Assembly (NCBI GenBank): GCA_963662615.2
Contig: CAXXSR010000001.1
Coordinates: 896,001 to 960,000, forward strand
Length of the DNA: 64,000 nt
From: Dehalococcoidia bacterium
GTDB taxonomy: Bacteria; Chloroflexota; Dehalococcoidia; Bin125
Direction of reading: 5' to 3'
The translations under genes and the position numbers were made by a program. Numbering within the stretch: position 1 is the stretch's first letter; each line of letters opens with the position of its first letter. Below are positions 1-10,252 of the stretch, in pieces. Under the pieces are notes generated by a model. The model saw only the letters and a list, made by a program, of their open reading frames with translations, had not been told where the DNA came from and did no database searches.

Positions 1-2
1 CC

Positions 3-203
3 TGTTCCGCAGCGGGCTTCCCGCACGCCGCCCGGAGTACGCTGATGAGCGCCTCCGCTGCCTACCTCAGCGCGGCAGGGTTGCGCGACCACGATGTCGC
101 GTTCGCCCTCGGGATCGCCGACATGCGGACCATCAACCGGCTATTGAAGCCGCATCACAAGTTGGCGGCGCAGCGTCAGGCGCACGCGCCATACTCCGCT
201 TGA
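3..203 (+). CDS. Partial ORF (C-terminus), weakly resembling a tyrosine-recombinase C-terminal region
   Basis: Manual translation ...FPHAARSTLMSASAAYLSAAGLRDHDVAFALGIADMRTINRLLKPH...*. Spacing resembles the box-II H..R...LGH...T..Y region, but the catalytic residues are not conserved. Confidence 0.3.
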   Translation, partial: CSAAGFPHAARSTLMSASAAYLSAAGLRDHDVAFALGIADMRTINRLLKPHHKLAAQRQAHAPYSA

Positions 204-678
204 GTTTGCGTACGTCGCAAGCGACTGGCTGAGCAGACGATTCGACGGATACGTCCGTGATTGTGCACTTGACACAAGGTTAGCTGCCCTACGCGAATGG
301 CGCTTTTCAACCGACTGGCGATGGCTTTAGCCCTTGGATCGACGATCGGATAGTCCGGTTCGAGCCTCGCCCACAAACAAGCCGCTTCGTATACGTGGAA
401 ATCTTGTTGCTCGCCGTAGTCTGCAATGACTGCTGGACGCGGTAGCGGTATTGGAACGGTTGGGTCCGAGTGCGCGACCGGAGAACGAGTCCGCCCTGGT
501 GGGAGAGATCTACCTCGCCACAACGGCGGGCGACTGACCCCCCGGTCGGCATGTGGCCGGTTGCACCAGCCGGGCCACGCCGGCTCCGCCGCCCGCCCTA
601 CCACGCCCGGAAATTGAGGGCTCCTCCTGCGCCGATACGGTTATTGCGTCGAGATAGCAATGGTGATATATCGAGGGT

Positions 679-1980
679 GTGAAGGTATTCTCTCAAGGCG
701 AAGTTAGCGGAGCGCTCAGGTTTCGGCGGCAGAATCTGCGGCAGCTGCGTTGGCTCGCCCCGCTGACAGTGCTCGTGCTGGGGGTCGTCTCCTGTGGAGG
801 ACAGGATTTCGAAGCCGGCCCCCTCGGCGCCGTGGAGGTGGCCCCCGGCGAGGCCATTCAGATACGTTCGATGCAGGTCCTTACAGGACTTGGTGACCTA
901 GGCATCCCAAGCCAGCGCGGCGTGGAACTGGCGTTGGCGGACTATGGCCTTATCAAAGGGCACGCTGTCTCGATGGGCGCCGGCCTCGACTCTCTCTGCA
1001 CCGAGGAAGGTGGCCGAGCCGCCGCCCACACGGTAACCGGCGATCCCCGAATCGTCGGCGTCATTGGCACGAGCTGCTCGGTCGCCGCCGCTGCCGCTTC
1101 ACCGATCCTGAGCGAAGCCGGTCTGGTGATGCTCTCCCCCCTCAACACGGCCCCCTCACTGACCTCCGACCTCCGCGGCAATGCCGGTTCCAACTACTAT
1201 CCTGGCTACTACCGGACGGTCAGCAACGACATCTACGAGGCGCAGGCGGTCGCTCAGTTCGCATACAACGAACTCCGCCTACGTAGGATGGCCGCCATCC
1301 ACGACGGCGACCCGTACACCTCTGGCCTCACCGACGCCTTCACCGCCGCGTTCGAGGGGCTCGGCGGATCGGTCGCCGTCGCCTCTGTCAGCAGGGGTGA
1401 CACGAATATGACCTCCGTCCTCACGCAAATTGCGGCGGACGGTCCGGACGGCCTCTTCTTTCCGCTCTTCCAAAAAGAAGGCGCCCACATCGTCCGGCAG
1501 GTCGGCCAGATCGCTGGACTTGAGGACGTGACGCTGATCGGCGGCGCAGCCATGCTGGTCTCCGAGTTCCTCGCCATTCCCGAGTCGGAAGGCATCTACC
1601 TTCCAGGTCCGGACTCGAACTTCGACGGCAACACCAACGAGGTGACCGGTAAGAGCAGCGAGGCGCTCATCGCCGAATATAAAGAGCGGTATGCCGAGGC
1701 TCCCACATCCGCCTACTTGGCCCACGCCTACGACGCCGCCACGCTGCTCCTCCGGGCCATCGAGGAGGTCGCGGTTGGTAACGGAGATACGCTGTACATC
1801 GATCGGGCCAAGCTCCGGGAAGCGCTGACCGGCGTCACTGGCTTCAGTGGCATCATCGGGGTCATCTCCTGTGACGAGTTCGGCGATTGCGGCGTCGGCA
1901 GCATTCAGATATCGCACCACACCGATTCCAGCGTCACCGACGTCGCGGCACTCCCCGTCGTCTACCGCTTCGCCCCCTGA
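679..1980 (+). CDS. Branched-chain amino acid ABC transporter substrate-binding lipoprotein (LivK/LivJ family)
   Basis: Lipobox-like VVSC; motifs DSLCTEEGG, IGTSCS, IHDGDPY, AHAYDAA. True start may lie downstream. Confidence 0.88.
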   Translation: MKVFSQGEVSGALRFRRQNLRQLRWLAPLTVLVLGVVSCGGQDFEAGPLGAVEVAPGEAIQIRSMQVLTGLGDLGIPSQRGVELALADYGLIKGHAVSMGAGLDSLCTEEGGRAAAHTVTGDPRIVGVIGTSCSVAAAAASPILSEAGLVMLSPLNTAPSLTSDLRGNAGSNYYPGYYRTVSNDIYEAQAVAQFAYNELRLRRMAAIHDGDPYTSGLTDAFTAAFEGLGGSVAVASVSRGDTNMTSVLTQIAADGPDGLFFPLFQKEGAHIVRQVGQIAGLEDVTLIGGAAMLVSEFLAIPESEGIYLPGPDSNFDGNTNEVTGKSSEALIAEYKERYAEAPTSAYLAHAYDAATLLLRAIEEVAVGNGDTLYIDRAKLREALTGVTGFSGIIGVISCDEFGDCGVGSIQISHHTDSSVTDVAALPVVYRFAP

Positions 1981-2028
1981 CCGCCAAACCCGCGCCGACG
2001 CGGCGAGAGCGCGGCAGTCGGTCCAGCG

Positions 2029-2307
2029 GTGCGGTCGTGGCTGCAGCGGGTTGGCGTGACCACACTCTTCATCGAACCGGGCAGCCCCTGGGAGGACGGC
2101 TATGTCGAGTCCTTCAACGGCAAGCTCCGCGACGAGTGCCGCAACCCCGCAATCTTCACCACGCTCACGGAAGCGCAGATCTTGATCCAGCGCTGGCGCC
2201 GGGAGGTACACCCAGGTGCGCCCCCACAGCGCCCTCGGCTACCGTCCACCCGCCCCCGAAGCGCTGGAGATCGAGCCTCCCTACCCCCACCCCCTGGGTC
2301 GACAGGA
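2029..2307 (+). pseudogene. IS3-family transposase OrfB 3' remnant, cut by the IS6 element
   Basis: TLFIEPGSPWEDGYVESFNGKLRDEC, then a frameshift into PHSALGYRPPAP. Confidence 0.85.
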
Positions 2308-3203
2308 GGTTCTGTCAGATCTCAGGGCACGGGGACGAACCGGGTCAGGCGCTCCCCCTCGCCGCTCGCGTTATGCCGCCTGCATCTCCGCCATCAGTGA
2401 CCGCCAGCGTGTGACGAAGAGCCGGCGCTGCTCGGCCAGGGGGACAGAGTGGCCTCGTCGCTGGCGAGCGCGGAAGCCGTGCCGGCGCTCATCGAACGCG
2501 GTACAGAACCGGGCGGCGGACGCGAAACTCCCGAAGCCCAGCATTGGGTAGCTGCATCGGTGCAGCAGCTTTTTCCCCAGGATCCAGCGGATCGCGCTGC
2601 GGTACGGCGGAGGCTGGTCCGTGGTGACGCGCTGCGGCTTGCGCGCGGTCACCTCGACGAGTCGCCGGAGGAAGCGCCGGGCGGCGTGCGTGTCCCGGTG
2701 CTCGCTGCGCCTGGAGTCGAGGAGCACCCCCTCGCGGTCGAGGGCGCGGTCGCGAGAGCACCAGCGCCCGGCGACGTGCACGTCGGTCTCGTCCAGGGAC
2801 CAGGAGCCGCCGGCGGGGCCGCGCCGCTTCGCGCGCCGCCGGTCCGCGAGCAGCGGGGCGAAGCGGACCTCCCAGGCGCGGATCGTCTCGTGGGTGACCG
2901 CGAAGCCGCGCTGGAGGAGCCGCGCAGCGACGTCGCGGAAGCCCAGCTTGGAGCGGAGACGCCAGAGCACGGCGCGCAGCACGATGTCCGTTGGGTCCTG
3001 GAGATCGGTGAGGGGCGTGCCGGTCCGCTCGTGGAAGCGCCGCCGGCAGGCCTGGCAGCGGAACCGCCGGGAGCCGAGCGCGGTGCGCCCCTTCCGCTTC
3101 GTCGTGGCCGTGGATGTACCGTCTGGACACGCCAGCAGCGTCCCCTCACCATTCCGCGGATGCGGCTCGCCGAGGCCAGCGAGCCCTGCGTTCTGACAGA
3201 ACC
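2308..3203 (-). mobile_element. IS6-family element, degenerate transposase
   Basis: Terminal inverted repeats GGTTCTGTCAGA (2308-2319) and TCTGACAGAACC (3192-3203). Transposase carries CQAC, W.LDET.V.V.GRW and VTTD motifs with many substitutions. Confidence 0.88.
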
Positions 3204-3368
3204 GAGTTCGCGGGCGTGGTTCTCGATCGCCCAGGTGGCGAACATGTGGTGGAAACGGCCCGTTCACGTCCGTCACCGCCGTCCTCCACCGTCGCGGGAT
3301 ACTCGCCACTCGTTAGTGATGGCGGCGGTACAGTGGTCGATGTCCTAGCAAACGGAAACCGGGTAAAC

Positions 3369-4115
3369 ATGACCGTGATCAGGCCTGTCCTTGCCATTGC
3401 CACGCTTGCCACCCTCCTCGCCGGTTCCCTGTCGTGCAGCGGGGCGCCCGACGCGGTCCGACTGGCGACCGAGGGGGCCTATCCGCCCTACAACTTCCTG
3501 AACGAGGACGGCGAAATCGACGGGCTGGAACGGGAGTTAGGCGATGAGCTGTGCCGGCGGGCCAGTCTCGAGTGCACGTGGGTGACCAACGAATGGGACA
3601 GCACCATCCCCAACCTGGTGGTCGGCGACTACGACGCCGTCCTGACCGGGATGAGCATCACGGACGAGCGGGACGAGCTGATCGACTTCACGCAGCCATA
3701 CCTCCCGCCCAGCCCGTCGGTCTACGTCGCGCTGACCGGTGCCGGCGATGAGGTGGTCACCGGCACGGTGGCCGCCCAGGTGGCCACCGTCCAGGCCGAC
3801 CACCTCTCGGGATCCGGCGCGACGCTGCGGGAGTACACCACGGCGCCGGAAGTCATCGCGGCCATCCTCAGCGGCGAGGCGGATGCGGCGTTGGTCGACG
3901 GCGCGTTCGCCAGCGACAGCATCGCGGAGAGCGGGGGCAGGCTGGCGCTCGTCGGCCCCGAGGTGCCGCTCGACCGCGGTGTGGGCGTGGGCGTCCGGGA
4001 GGGCGATCGGGGGTTGCGGGACACGCTGGACCGGGCGATCGGCGAAATGAAAGAGGATGGCTCGTTGAACGCCCTCATCGAGAACTGGCTGGGCCCCGAC
4101 GCCGAGACCTTCTGA
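3369..4115 (+). CDS. Polar amino-acid ABC transporter substrate-binding protein (SBP family 3)
   Basis: Signal peptide/lipobox LSC; ATEGAYPPYNF, GMSITDER, DFTQPY. ATG at 3369 is in frame with the tracked ORF. Confidence 0.9.
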   Translation: MTVIRPVLAIATLATLLAGSLSCSGAPDAVRLATEGAYPPYNFLNEDGEIDGLERELGDELCRRASLECTWVTNEWDSTIPNLVVGDYDAVLTGMSITDERDELIDFTQPYLPPSPSVYVALTGAGDEVVTGTVAAQVATVQADHLSGSGATLREYTTAPEVIAAILSGEADAALVDGAFASDSIAESGGRLALVGPEVPLDRGVGVGVREGDRGLRDTLDRAIGEMKEDGSLNALIENWLGPDAETF

Positions 4116-4448
4116 GGGTATGGGGGCAGCCCCAGGTCCCAGGGGAGGTGCGTGGTGTTTGGGTACGGCGACCGTCTGTCGGGGTGGGGTGGCCGCTGTC
4201 CGACGCCGCGGAGGACGACTGGCTCGCCCGTCTGCTCATCGACGTGGATCTGGGCGACGAGTCGTAGACACCGTCGACACAGGTGCCTGGGAGCGCGACG
4301 AGGCCTGGCGGCGGGGGTGGAAGGCGCTCGGCATTAGGTACGCTGTTTCGGCAGGTCGGCACGGAAAGTGGATTGCACCGATGGCTTCGGGTGGGACGTG
4401 GGCCGACCTCCTCGCCACGCGCCAGTGAACGCTGGAGACCTTCTGGGC

Positions 4449-4748
4449 TTACTCGTCACCGCTGAAGGGCGGGTATTCGTCGGTGAGCAGGGAAACGTAC
4501 GCGTTGTCGCGCGTGGACCAGCGGAGGTAGTACACGAGCAACTTGGCCAGCCCCTCCGGTCGCTTGCCCGTGATGATGATCACGATCCAGAGCATGATCA
4601 GCACGATCTGCGCGACCATGCCGAGCAGGCTCAGCACAATCAGGTGTGGAATGGCCAAGAGAAGCCGGAAGAAAGTCGTGAGCCGGTTTCCGCGCTCGCT
4701 GTAGTCAATCTGCAGTCGAACCGGGTACTGTCCTGCAGGTCCATCCAT
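4449..4748 (-). CDS. DUF4389-like small membrane protein
   Basis: YPVRLQIDY..RLTTFFRLLLAIPH...ITGKRP...LLTDEYPPF. Confidence 0.75.
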   Translation of the reverse strand: MDGPAGQYPVRLQIDYSERGNRLTTFFRLLLAIPHLIVLSLLGMVAQIVLIMLWIVIIITGKRPEGLAKLLVYYLRWSTRDNAYVSLLTDEYPPFSGDE

Positions 4749-4849
4749 CCGTCGGCCTTCCCGTGGTGGCGTACTTCGCCCCCATTCGCACGCGGCGCGC
4801 CGGGAACATACCGGACGGCGCATGGATGGGCCGAACTCGGGGGCGAGGC

Positions 4850-5004
4850 CGCGCAGCGCCCAGGGCGTGTCGTCGAAGTCGACGGGAGCGGCGAGGGCAC
4901 GGGCCTCGTCCAGCGAACCGGGAGCGATCTGGCCGGCGCGGGCGAGCAGGCGTCGTGTCTGGTCGCCGAAGAACTCGCGCAGGGCGGAATCCTCCGGCTG
5001 CCCG
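4850..5004 (-). pseudogene. Fragment resembling the NuoF/HoxF-type N-terminal region
   Basis: EFFGDQTRRLLARAGQIAPGSLDE; no start or continuation. Confidence 0.3.
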
Positions 5005-5394
5005 CGCGTCTGGGCCGGCTTCGAGACGCCCGACGCCATCGCGCGCGCGGCGACCGCCAGCTTGCTCGGACCGCCGCGGCTCAGCGCGGCTTGGGGAACG
5101 CTCGCCCGGTGGCCGCGTTGGTCACGCGGGTCCCGCGCGCCAACGCCCGCTGGTGCGTTCCGCAGAGGCTTCGGGACGGCGCCGCCGCTGGGCGGGAGCA
5201 TTGCGTGCCCCGGGCGGTCCGCGCTTTGCACTGGGCCATTACGTTCCCTCCTTCGCTGCCAATCCGCTACGTCGGCGACAATGATGACAGATCGATAAGG
5301 CGCGGGGGAGCTTGGCATCGACCCAGACGGGCCGTGGGGTCGTCGTGCTCTGCCCGTCACGCGATCCGCGCCTGGCGCCAGACCAACGAAGAGA

Positions 5395-5826
5395 CTAGGG
5401 GCGATCGCGATCGCGGCCTCCACGTTGCTGCCCCGCGACGAAGGTGGCGCCGACGGTGGTGCAGGCGTAGACGACCTGGATCGCAATCGTCCCGGCGATG
5501 GCGAGCAGCAGGGTGAGGGTTGCGACATCGCTGCGCTGCCCGCGCAGCGGACGCCGCGTCAGCGCGCGGGAGATGACGAACAGGGTCGTCAGCATGGCGG
5601 TCCAGCGCAGACCGGTCCCGCCGGGATTGCCGGTGACTTCCATCAGCGCTCCGAGCAGGAAGACGAGGGGGGAGGCGATGATGACGGTTCGCCAGCCAGT
5701 GTCGTCCCACGCGCTGCGGAGCGCGCCGACGGAGTATTGGCTGCGCTGCTGATGACGCGAGATGACTGTTTCCTTTTCGCGCGAGCACGGTTGGTTCGAG
5801 AGCGGCGGCGTGCGCTCAGGTGGCAT
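5395..5826 (-). CDS. Hypothetical membrane protein (duplicate of 12844-13275)
   Basis: Hydrophobic segments; the WDDTGWR motif is paralogous to the N-terminus of the 13265-14056 protein. Confidence 0.4.
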   Translation of the reverse strand: MPPERTPPLSNQPCSREKETVISRHQQRSQYSVGALRSAWDDTGWRTVIIASPLVFLLGALMEVTGNPGGTGLRWTAMLTTLFVISRALTRRPLRGQRSDVATLTLLLAIAGTIAIQVVYACTTVGATFVAGQQRGGRDRDRP

Positions 5827-6185
5827 CGTCACGGTTTCGGTTGAGGCACTTGGCGATCGGTGGCGCGACGATGGCACAGCCGGCGGCGATGCCCGTGGTG
5901 AAGACGATCCAGGGCCAGTAGAGCTCCTGTCCACCCCACGAAGCGGCGCCGACGCCGCTGGCTTCTGCGCCGTATTCGAGCCACCACGTCAGGACGATGA
6001 ACAGCGCGAGCGCTACGTTGAGCGGGCTCGCGATGGGCCCGCTGAAACCTCGGCCGACGACCCAGCGGGCGATCAACGCGAGCACCGTCGCGATCACGCC
6101 CCAGGAGAACGACGGGGCGGGCACGGACGCGTTCGCCGCCCAGCCGACCATCTCGGCGGTGAAGAAGAGGATCGCGAAGAGCAAC
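5816..6185 (-). pseudogene. 3' half of the membrane protein gene at 13265-14056 (truncated duplicate)
   Basis: LLFAILFFTAEMVG...NRNRDDAT is identical to the C-terminus of the full copy; the 5' half is absent. Confidence 0.8.
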
Positions 6186-6349
6186 TCCATCGGGTTCGTC
6201 AAGAACGCCGTCTTCGGCGGCGGACCGCGTACCCCGAGCCTGGTTCCCGCCGCGGATTGTCAGGGTTTCGAAAGGATTCGGCGCTACGCTGAAGCTGGCG
6301 GCAGAGGATCTAGATCCGGCCGCGGGGTGTCGAGAGTAGGGGCGTCGGC

Positions 6350-8125
6350 ATGCAGCAACTTCGCGAGTGGTGGCCTGGAGCGGTCGCGGGACTCGTCGCC
6401 GCCGCGGTGGCGCTGGCTGTCGCCGAGTTCGTCGCGCGCCTCGTCGACGGCGAGTCGCTGGTCGTGGCGATCGGAGACGTAATCATCGACAGCTCCCCGC
6501 GTTCCGTCTCCGGCGCGGCGATCGAAACCTTCGGCACGAACGACAAGCCCGCACTGCTCGTTGGCATCGTCGCCACCTCGTTGCTGCTGGGCGCGGCCCT
6601 GGGGCCGCTCGCGATGCGCTACCGCGCGATCGGCGTAGCCGCCTTGGCGGTCTTCGCCCTCGTCGGCGGGCTCGTGGGGGCCCGCGATCCGTTCACCTCG
6701 CCCGCACAGGCCTGGACCACCGCGCTCGCCGCCGGAATCGCGGGGGCCGCGACGCTCCTCTTGCTGCTCAACGCAGCGACCCAGGCCGGCCCGTCGGCCG
6801 CCGCCGCGCCTCCCGATCCGCAGGAGAAGCGCCTCGGGCGAAGGCGCTTCCTGCAGTTCGCCGGCGGCGGGCTGGCGGCGGCAGCGGTCTCGGTGCCCCT
6901 GGGGCGGCGCCTGATCGGCCCGGCGGTCGATGTGGAAGCGCAGCGCGCCGCAATCGTGCTGCCGCCGCCGAGCACCTCGACGCCGGCGTCACGGCCCGCG
7001 GGGGCCGCGACCGCCGCACTGCCCTCGCCAACCCCCAGCGTGAGCGCCCCGCCCAAAGCGACGGCCACAGCCGAGACCGCGCCCGCCCAGGCAACGCCGA
7101 CCGCCACCGCGCCCGCCGAGGCAACGCCGACCGCGACCGTCACGCCCGAACCGACACCCGAGCCGACGCCCGAGCCCGCACCCGTCGTCCGCGCCGGACC
7201 CGCCACGGTGCCGGGCATCTCGCCGCTCGTCACGCCGAATAGCAAGTTCTACCGCATCGATACGGCACTCTCGGTACCACGCATCGACAGTACGCGGTGG
7301 CGGCTCCAGCTCACCGGGATGGTCGACCGCCCAGCGGAGTTCACGTTCGACGAACTCCTCGCAATGAGCCTGCGCGAGGAGTCGGTGACCCTCGCGTGCG
7401 TCTCGAACAGGGTGGGGCAGGGCCTCGTCGGGAACGCCTACTGGCTCGGCGTCCCGCTTCCCACGTTGCTGCGCGAGGCGGGCGTTCAGGCCGGCGCCAC
7501 GCAGGTGATCGGGCGCGCCGTCGATGGTTTCACCGTCGGCTTCCCCACGGACGTCGCGCTCGACGGGCGCGAGTCGATGGTGGTAGTCGGCATGAACGGC
7601 GAGCCGCTGCCAGCCGAGCACGGGTTCCCCGCGCGCCTGATCGTGCCGGGGCTCTACGGCTACGTCTCCGCGACGAAGTGGCTCGGCGAGATCGAGCTGT
7701 CGACGCTCGACTCCTTCGATTCCTACTGGGTGCGGCGAGGCTGGGCCCAGCAGGCGCCGATCAAGCTGCAGTCGCGCATCGACGTCCCGCACGACGGCGC
7801 CACGCTCGCGCCCGGCAACGTGCGTGTCGCCGGCGTCGCCTGGGGCGGGCTGAGCGGCGTCAGCGGCGTTCAGGTTCGGCCAGGCGAGCGATCGCCCGGC
7901 GCGCAGCCTTCGGAAGGCGGATGGATCGACGCCGTTCTGAGCGAGGAGCTGTCCGACAGCAGTTGGCGTCAGTGGGTGGTCGACTGGCCCGCCACCGAGG
8001 GCGCGTTCCGCCTCGAGGTACGCGCGATCGATCGCAGCGGCATGGTGCAGACGGCCGAGCAGATGGAGCCGTTTCCCGATGGCGCCACGGGGCACCACAC
8101 GATTGCCGTGACCGTCGAGGGTTAG
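6350..8125 (+). CDS. Membrane-anchored molybdopterin-dependent oxidoreductase (sulfite oxidase family) with Pro/Thr/Ala linker
   Basis: N-terminal TM helices, internal RRRFL, FYRIDTAL, LACVSN, HGFPARLIVPGLYGYVSATKW, C-terminal PFPDGATG. Confidence 0.92.
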   Translation: MQQLREWWPGAVAGLVAAAVALAVAEFVARLVDGESLVVAIGDVIIDSSPRSVSGAAIETFGTNDKPALLVGIVATSLLLGAALGPLAMRYRAIGVAALAVFALVGGLVGARDPFTSPAQAWTTALAAGIAGAATLLLLLNAATQAGPSAAAAPPDPQEKRLGRRRFLQFAGGGLAAAAVSVPLGRRLIGPAVDVEAQRAAIVLPPPSTSTPASRPAGAATAALPSPTPSVSAPPKATATAETAPAQATPTATAPAEATPTATVTPEPTPEPTPEPAPVVRAGPATVPGISPLVTPNSKFYRIDTALSVPRIDSTRWRLQLTGMVDRPAEFTFDELLAMSLREESVTLACVSNRVGQGLVGNAYWLGVPLPTLLREAGVQAGATQVIGRAVDGFTVGFPTDVALDGRESMVVVGMNGEPLPAEHGFPARLIVPGLYGYVSATKWLGEIELSTLDSFDSYWVRRGWAQQAPIKLQSRIDVPHDGATLAPGNVRVAGVAWGGLSGVSGVQVRPGERSPGAQPSEGGWIDAVLSEELSDSSWRQWVVDWPATEGAFRLEVRAIDRSGMVQTAEQMEPFPDGATGHHTIAVTVEG

Positions 8126-8336
8126 GGCCGGTAGCGCGCCGGCGCCCAGCGGTCGCAAGGGGAAAAACAGGCAGCTATGGGCAACGATTCGCGAGTGCCG
8201 GGGCTCCATCTTCCTGGCCAGCGCGGTGTCGGCTTTAGATCGAGGGCGGATGACCGCTCTGGACGACGCCCCCCCGCAGGGCGACGAGATCGGCGATTTC
8301 AGCCCGGTGGCCCGGTCTCTTCTTCGTGCGGGGTGT

Positions 8337-8383
8337 TGGAGCGGGAGACGGGGTTCGAACCCGCGACCCTCTGCTTGGGAAGC
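8337..8383 (-). other. tRNA-Gly(CCC) 3'-half fragment (att-like scar)
   Basis: Reverse complement GCTTCCCAAGCAGAGGGTCGCGGGTTCGAACCCCGTCTCCCGCTCCA: anticodon loop, T-arm and CCA, but no D-arm or 5' acceptor strand. Confidence 0.85.
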
Positions 8384-8614
8384 ACGATACGAGGGCAGGG
8401 CCAGGGGCTGGAGGGTGAGACCTTAGCAACGGATCATGAAGATGACGCGCTGTTCGGGCAGGGATGCTGCCGTGCGATCCGCATGGTCGCTGTAGCGGAG
8501 AGCGCCCCCCATCGCGACCCGACCAGAGGTGGTGGCGCACCGAGCCCTGGCCGCCCTGCCTGTGGCACGCGTTGCTGCGTAAGCGCTGGGGCACTTGTTC
8601 TATCCCACGATCGC

Positions 8615-8830
8615 AGTTTCACCGTGAGCTGCGAGGGTGACGTGTACTACTGGGAACATCTCGGAATGTTCGCGGTGCCCGAGTACCGCGAACGCTGGGA
8701 GCGCAAGCGCCAGCGGTAAGAAGCCAACGGCCCCCCGCCGCAACTCATCACGTGCGAAGATTCACCTGATGGAGCGATCGACGTGCAGTCGATCGCGGAA
8801 GCTGCTCGTCGACGAATACTTGAGGGTCAG
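8615..8830 (+). pseudogene. C-terminal fragment typical of RecD-like helicase / nuclease-domain proteins
   Basis: FTV...YYWEHLGM...YRERWERK, followed by a stop and frameshift. Confidence 0.5.
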
Positions 8831-8937
8831 CGAGATTGCGGCTTCCTCGGCTACAGCACTGCCCCAGTGCCTACCACACTCGTACGCTGGGCGCGGGGTG
8901 GCTCGTGAATCGCCACCCGGAGGGCGCGCCGGGCCCT

Positions 8938-9531
8938 TCAGGCGCGCTCGGCACCGGGCACGAATCGCTCGAACTGTTCGTAGCCGGCTCTCGCGAGCGT
9001 ATCGGCCACTTTGCGAGCTTGCGCCTTGAGTTCGGGATGCTCGGAGACCTGAGCGAGGATGGTCTCGGCAGAAACAAGGTACGGCTCGTGCCACTCGTGC
9101 TCGTTCTGCCTGACCACGATCTCAAGGACTTCCAACGCCATCTCCGGAAGGTCGCCAGAGGCTTCGGCTACTTGGGCCATCATGTCGTCGAGAGGAACGA
9201 AGAGATCGGAGGACGACTCGGTGGCCGCGCCCAGGGCCTTCGGTACGCGTGGTGCCCACCACTCCACAGGGAACGCGCCGGCGGCCACGAACCATCCGAG
9301 CGCGCGCAACTCGGTCCTGTCCAGCCCGTCGCGCTCCACATGTTGTTCACCCCACTCGAAGAACTCTTGTGCAAGGACAAGTGTGGAGTCCCAGTTAATC
9401 GCGTCACGGTTCCTGACCGCATTCTTCAAGCCGCGCAGGGCCGCGGTAACAACTGTCCGGTTGACATCCGCAAACGATGCGGCGGCCGCTGAGAACTCAG
9501 TTGGGCGTTGATTGTCCAGCAGCCTGTGCAC
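8938..9531 (-). CDS. Hypothetical protein, probably a C-terminal fragment
   Basis: 197-aa ORF with helical, protein-like composition; no recognised motif. Confidence 0.45.
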   Translation of the reverse strand: MHRLLDNQRPTEFSAAAASFADVNRTVVTAALRGLKNAVRNRDAINWDSTLVLAQEFFEWGEQHVERDGLDRTELRALGWFVAAGAFPVEWWAPRVPKALGAATESSSDLFVPLDDMMAQVAEASGDLPEMALEVLEIVVRQNEHEWHEPYLVSAETILAQVSEHPELKAQARKVADTLARAGYEQFERFVPGAERA

Positions 9532-10252
9532 ACGATCCTAGGTTCCTGCCGACTCGTTCTCCAGCGCCTCCTGAAAGCCCTCTTCTATCTCGACCGTGAA
9601 CGGTGGCATCGCTGGATTGATTCTCTGAGAGAGGCGGTCCCACCGCCCGCCGTGATCCGTGCCAACGCCTTGTCAGATTGCGTGCGCATGCCCTGATCGA
9701 GAGCCCTGCTGTGCTGAGAGCCCGGATACTGTCTCGGTCGTAGAGCGCGCGCCACACGCTCCAGCACACTACGCGGTGCTGCTGTCATGCTTGTTCCTGC
9801 TTCCCTTACGCCTTGCTCCTTGTGCCTTGCAGCGCCGACAGGCGCCATCCGATACCATACGGCGAAGCGCCCCCGCTAGTACCGTTTGGGTAAACTGCGA
9901 TATGATCCCCATACCTAAGCCAGGGGCCGGGAGTCTTGGATTGGAACGTCATAGGTGCGTCCTCGCGCGACCCTCCCGGCGTCCTCTCTGTCCGACTCAC
10001 GAGACACGGCGGCGGCCGCGGAGGTCATGAAGTGGGCATAATTTGTTGGCTCCAAATGGGCCATGCACCTGTACTGACTATCGAGGCGGTCGATTTGCAG
10101 GGCCATGCCAGGGTGTGGTAGTCGTCCGCTAGCATTCGCAAGACCAAGCGTGGGGTATTGCTGTCGTTTCATGGTGATGCCCGGAACGAGCCAACGGAGA
10201 CGACAACTCGCCTGGCAAGACGGCCGGCAAGCTGGTTTGCGGAGGATCCCGT

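Larger units (their letters stand above)
5005..6185. repeat. 1181-bp direct repeat, copy 1 (partner 12454-13634)
   Basis: Identical ORF translations at offset 7449. One A/G difference noticed (5241 vs 12690). Confidence 0.95.

Noticed and set aside
3247-3259. TGGTGGAAACGGC as the distal att copy of the tmRNA 3' end
   Set aside because: Short and imperfect match; could easily be chance.
4449-5528. 359-aa ORF as a single gene
   Set aside because: It crosses the duplication junction at 5005 and joins unrelated pieces; only 4449-4748 looks like a real gene.
8337-8383. Functional tRNA-Gly genes here and at 21072-21119
   Set aside because: The D-arm and 5' acceptor strand are missing, so they are kept only as att-like fragments.
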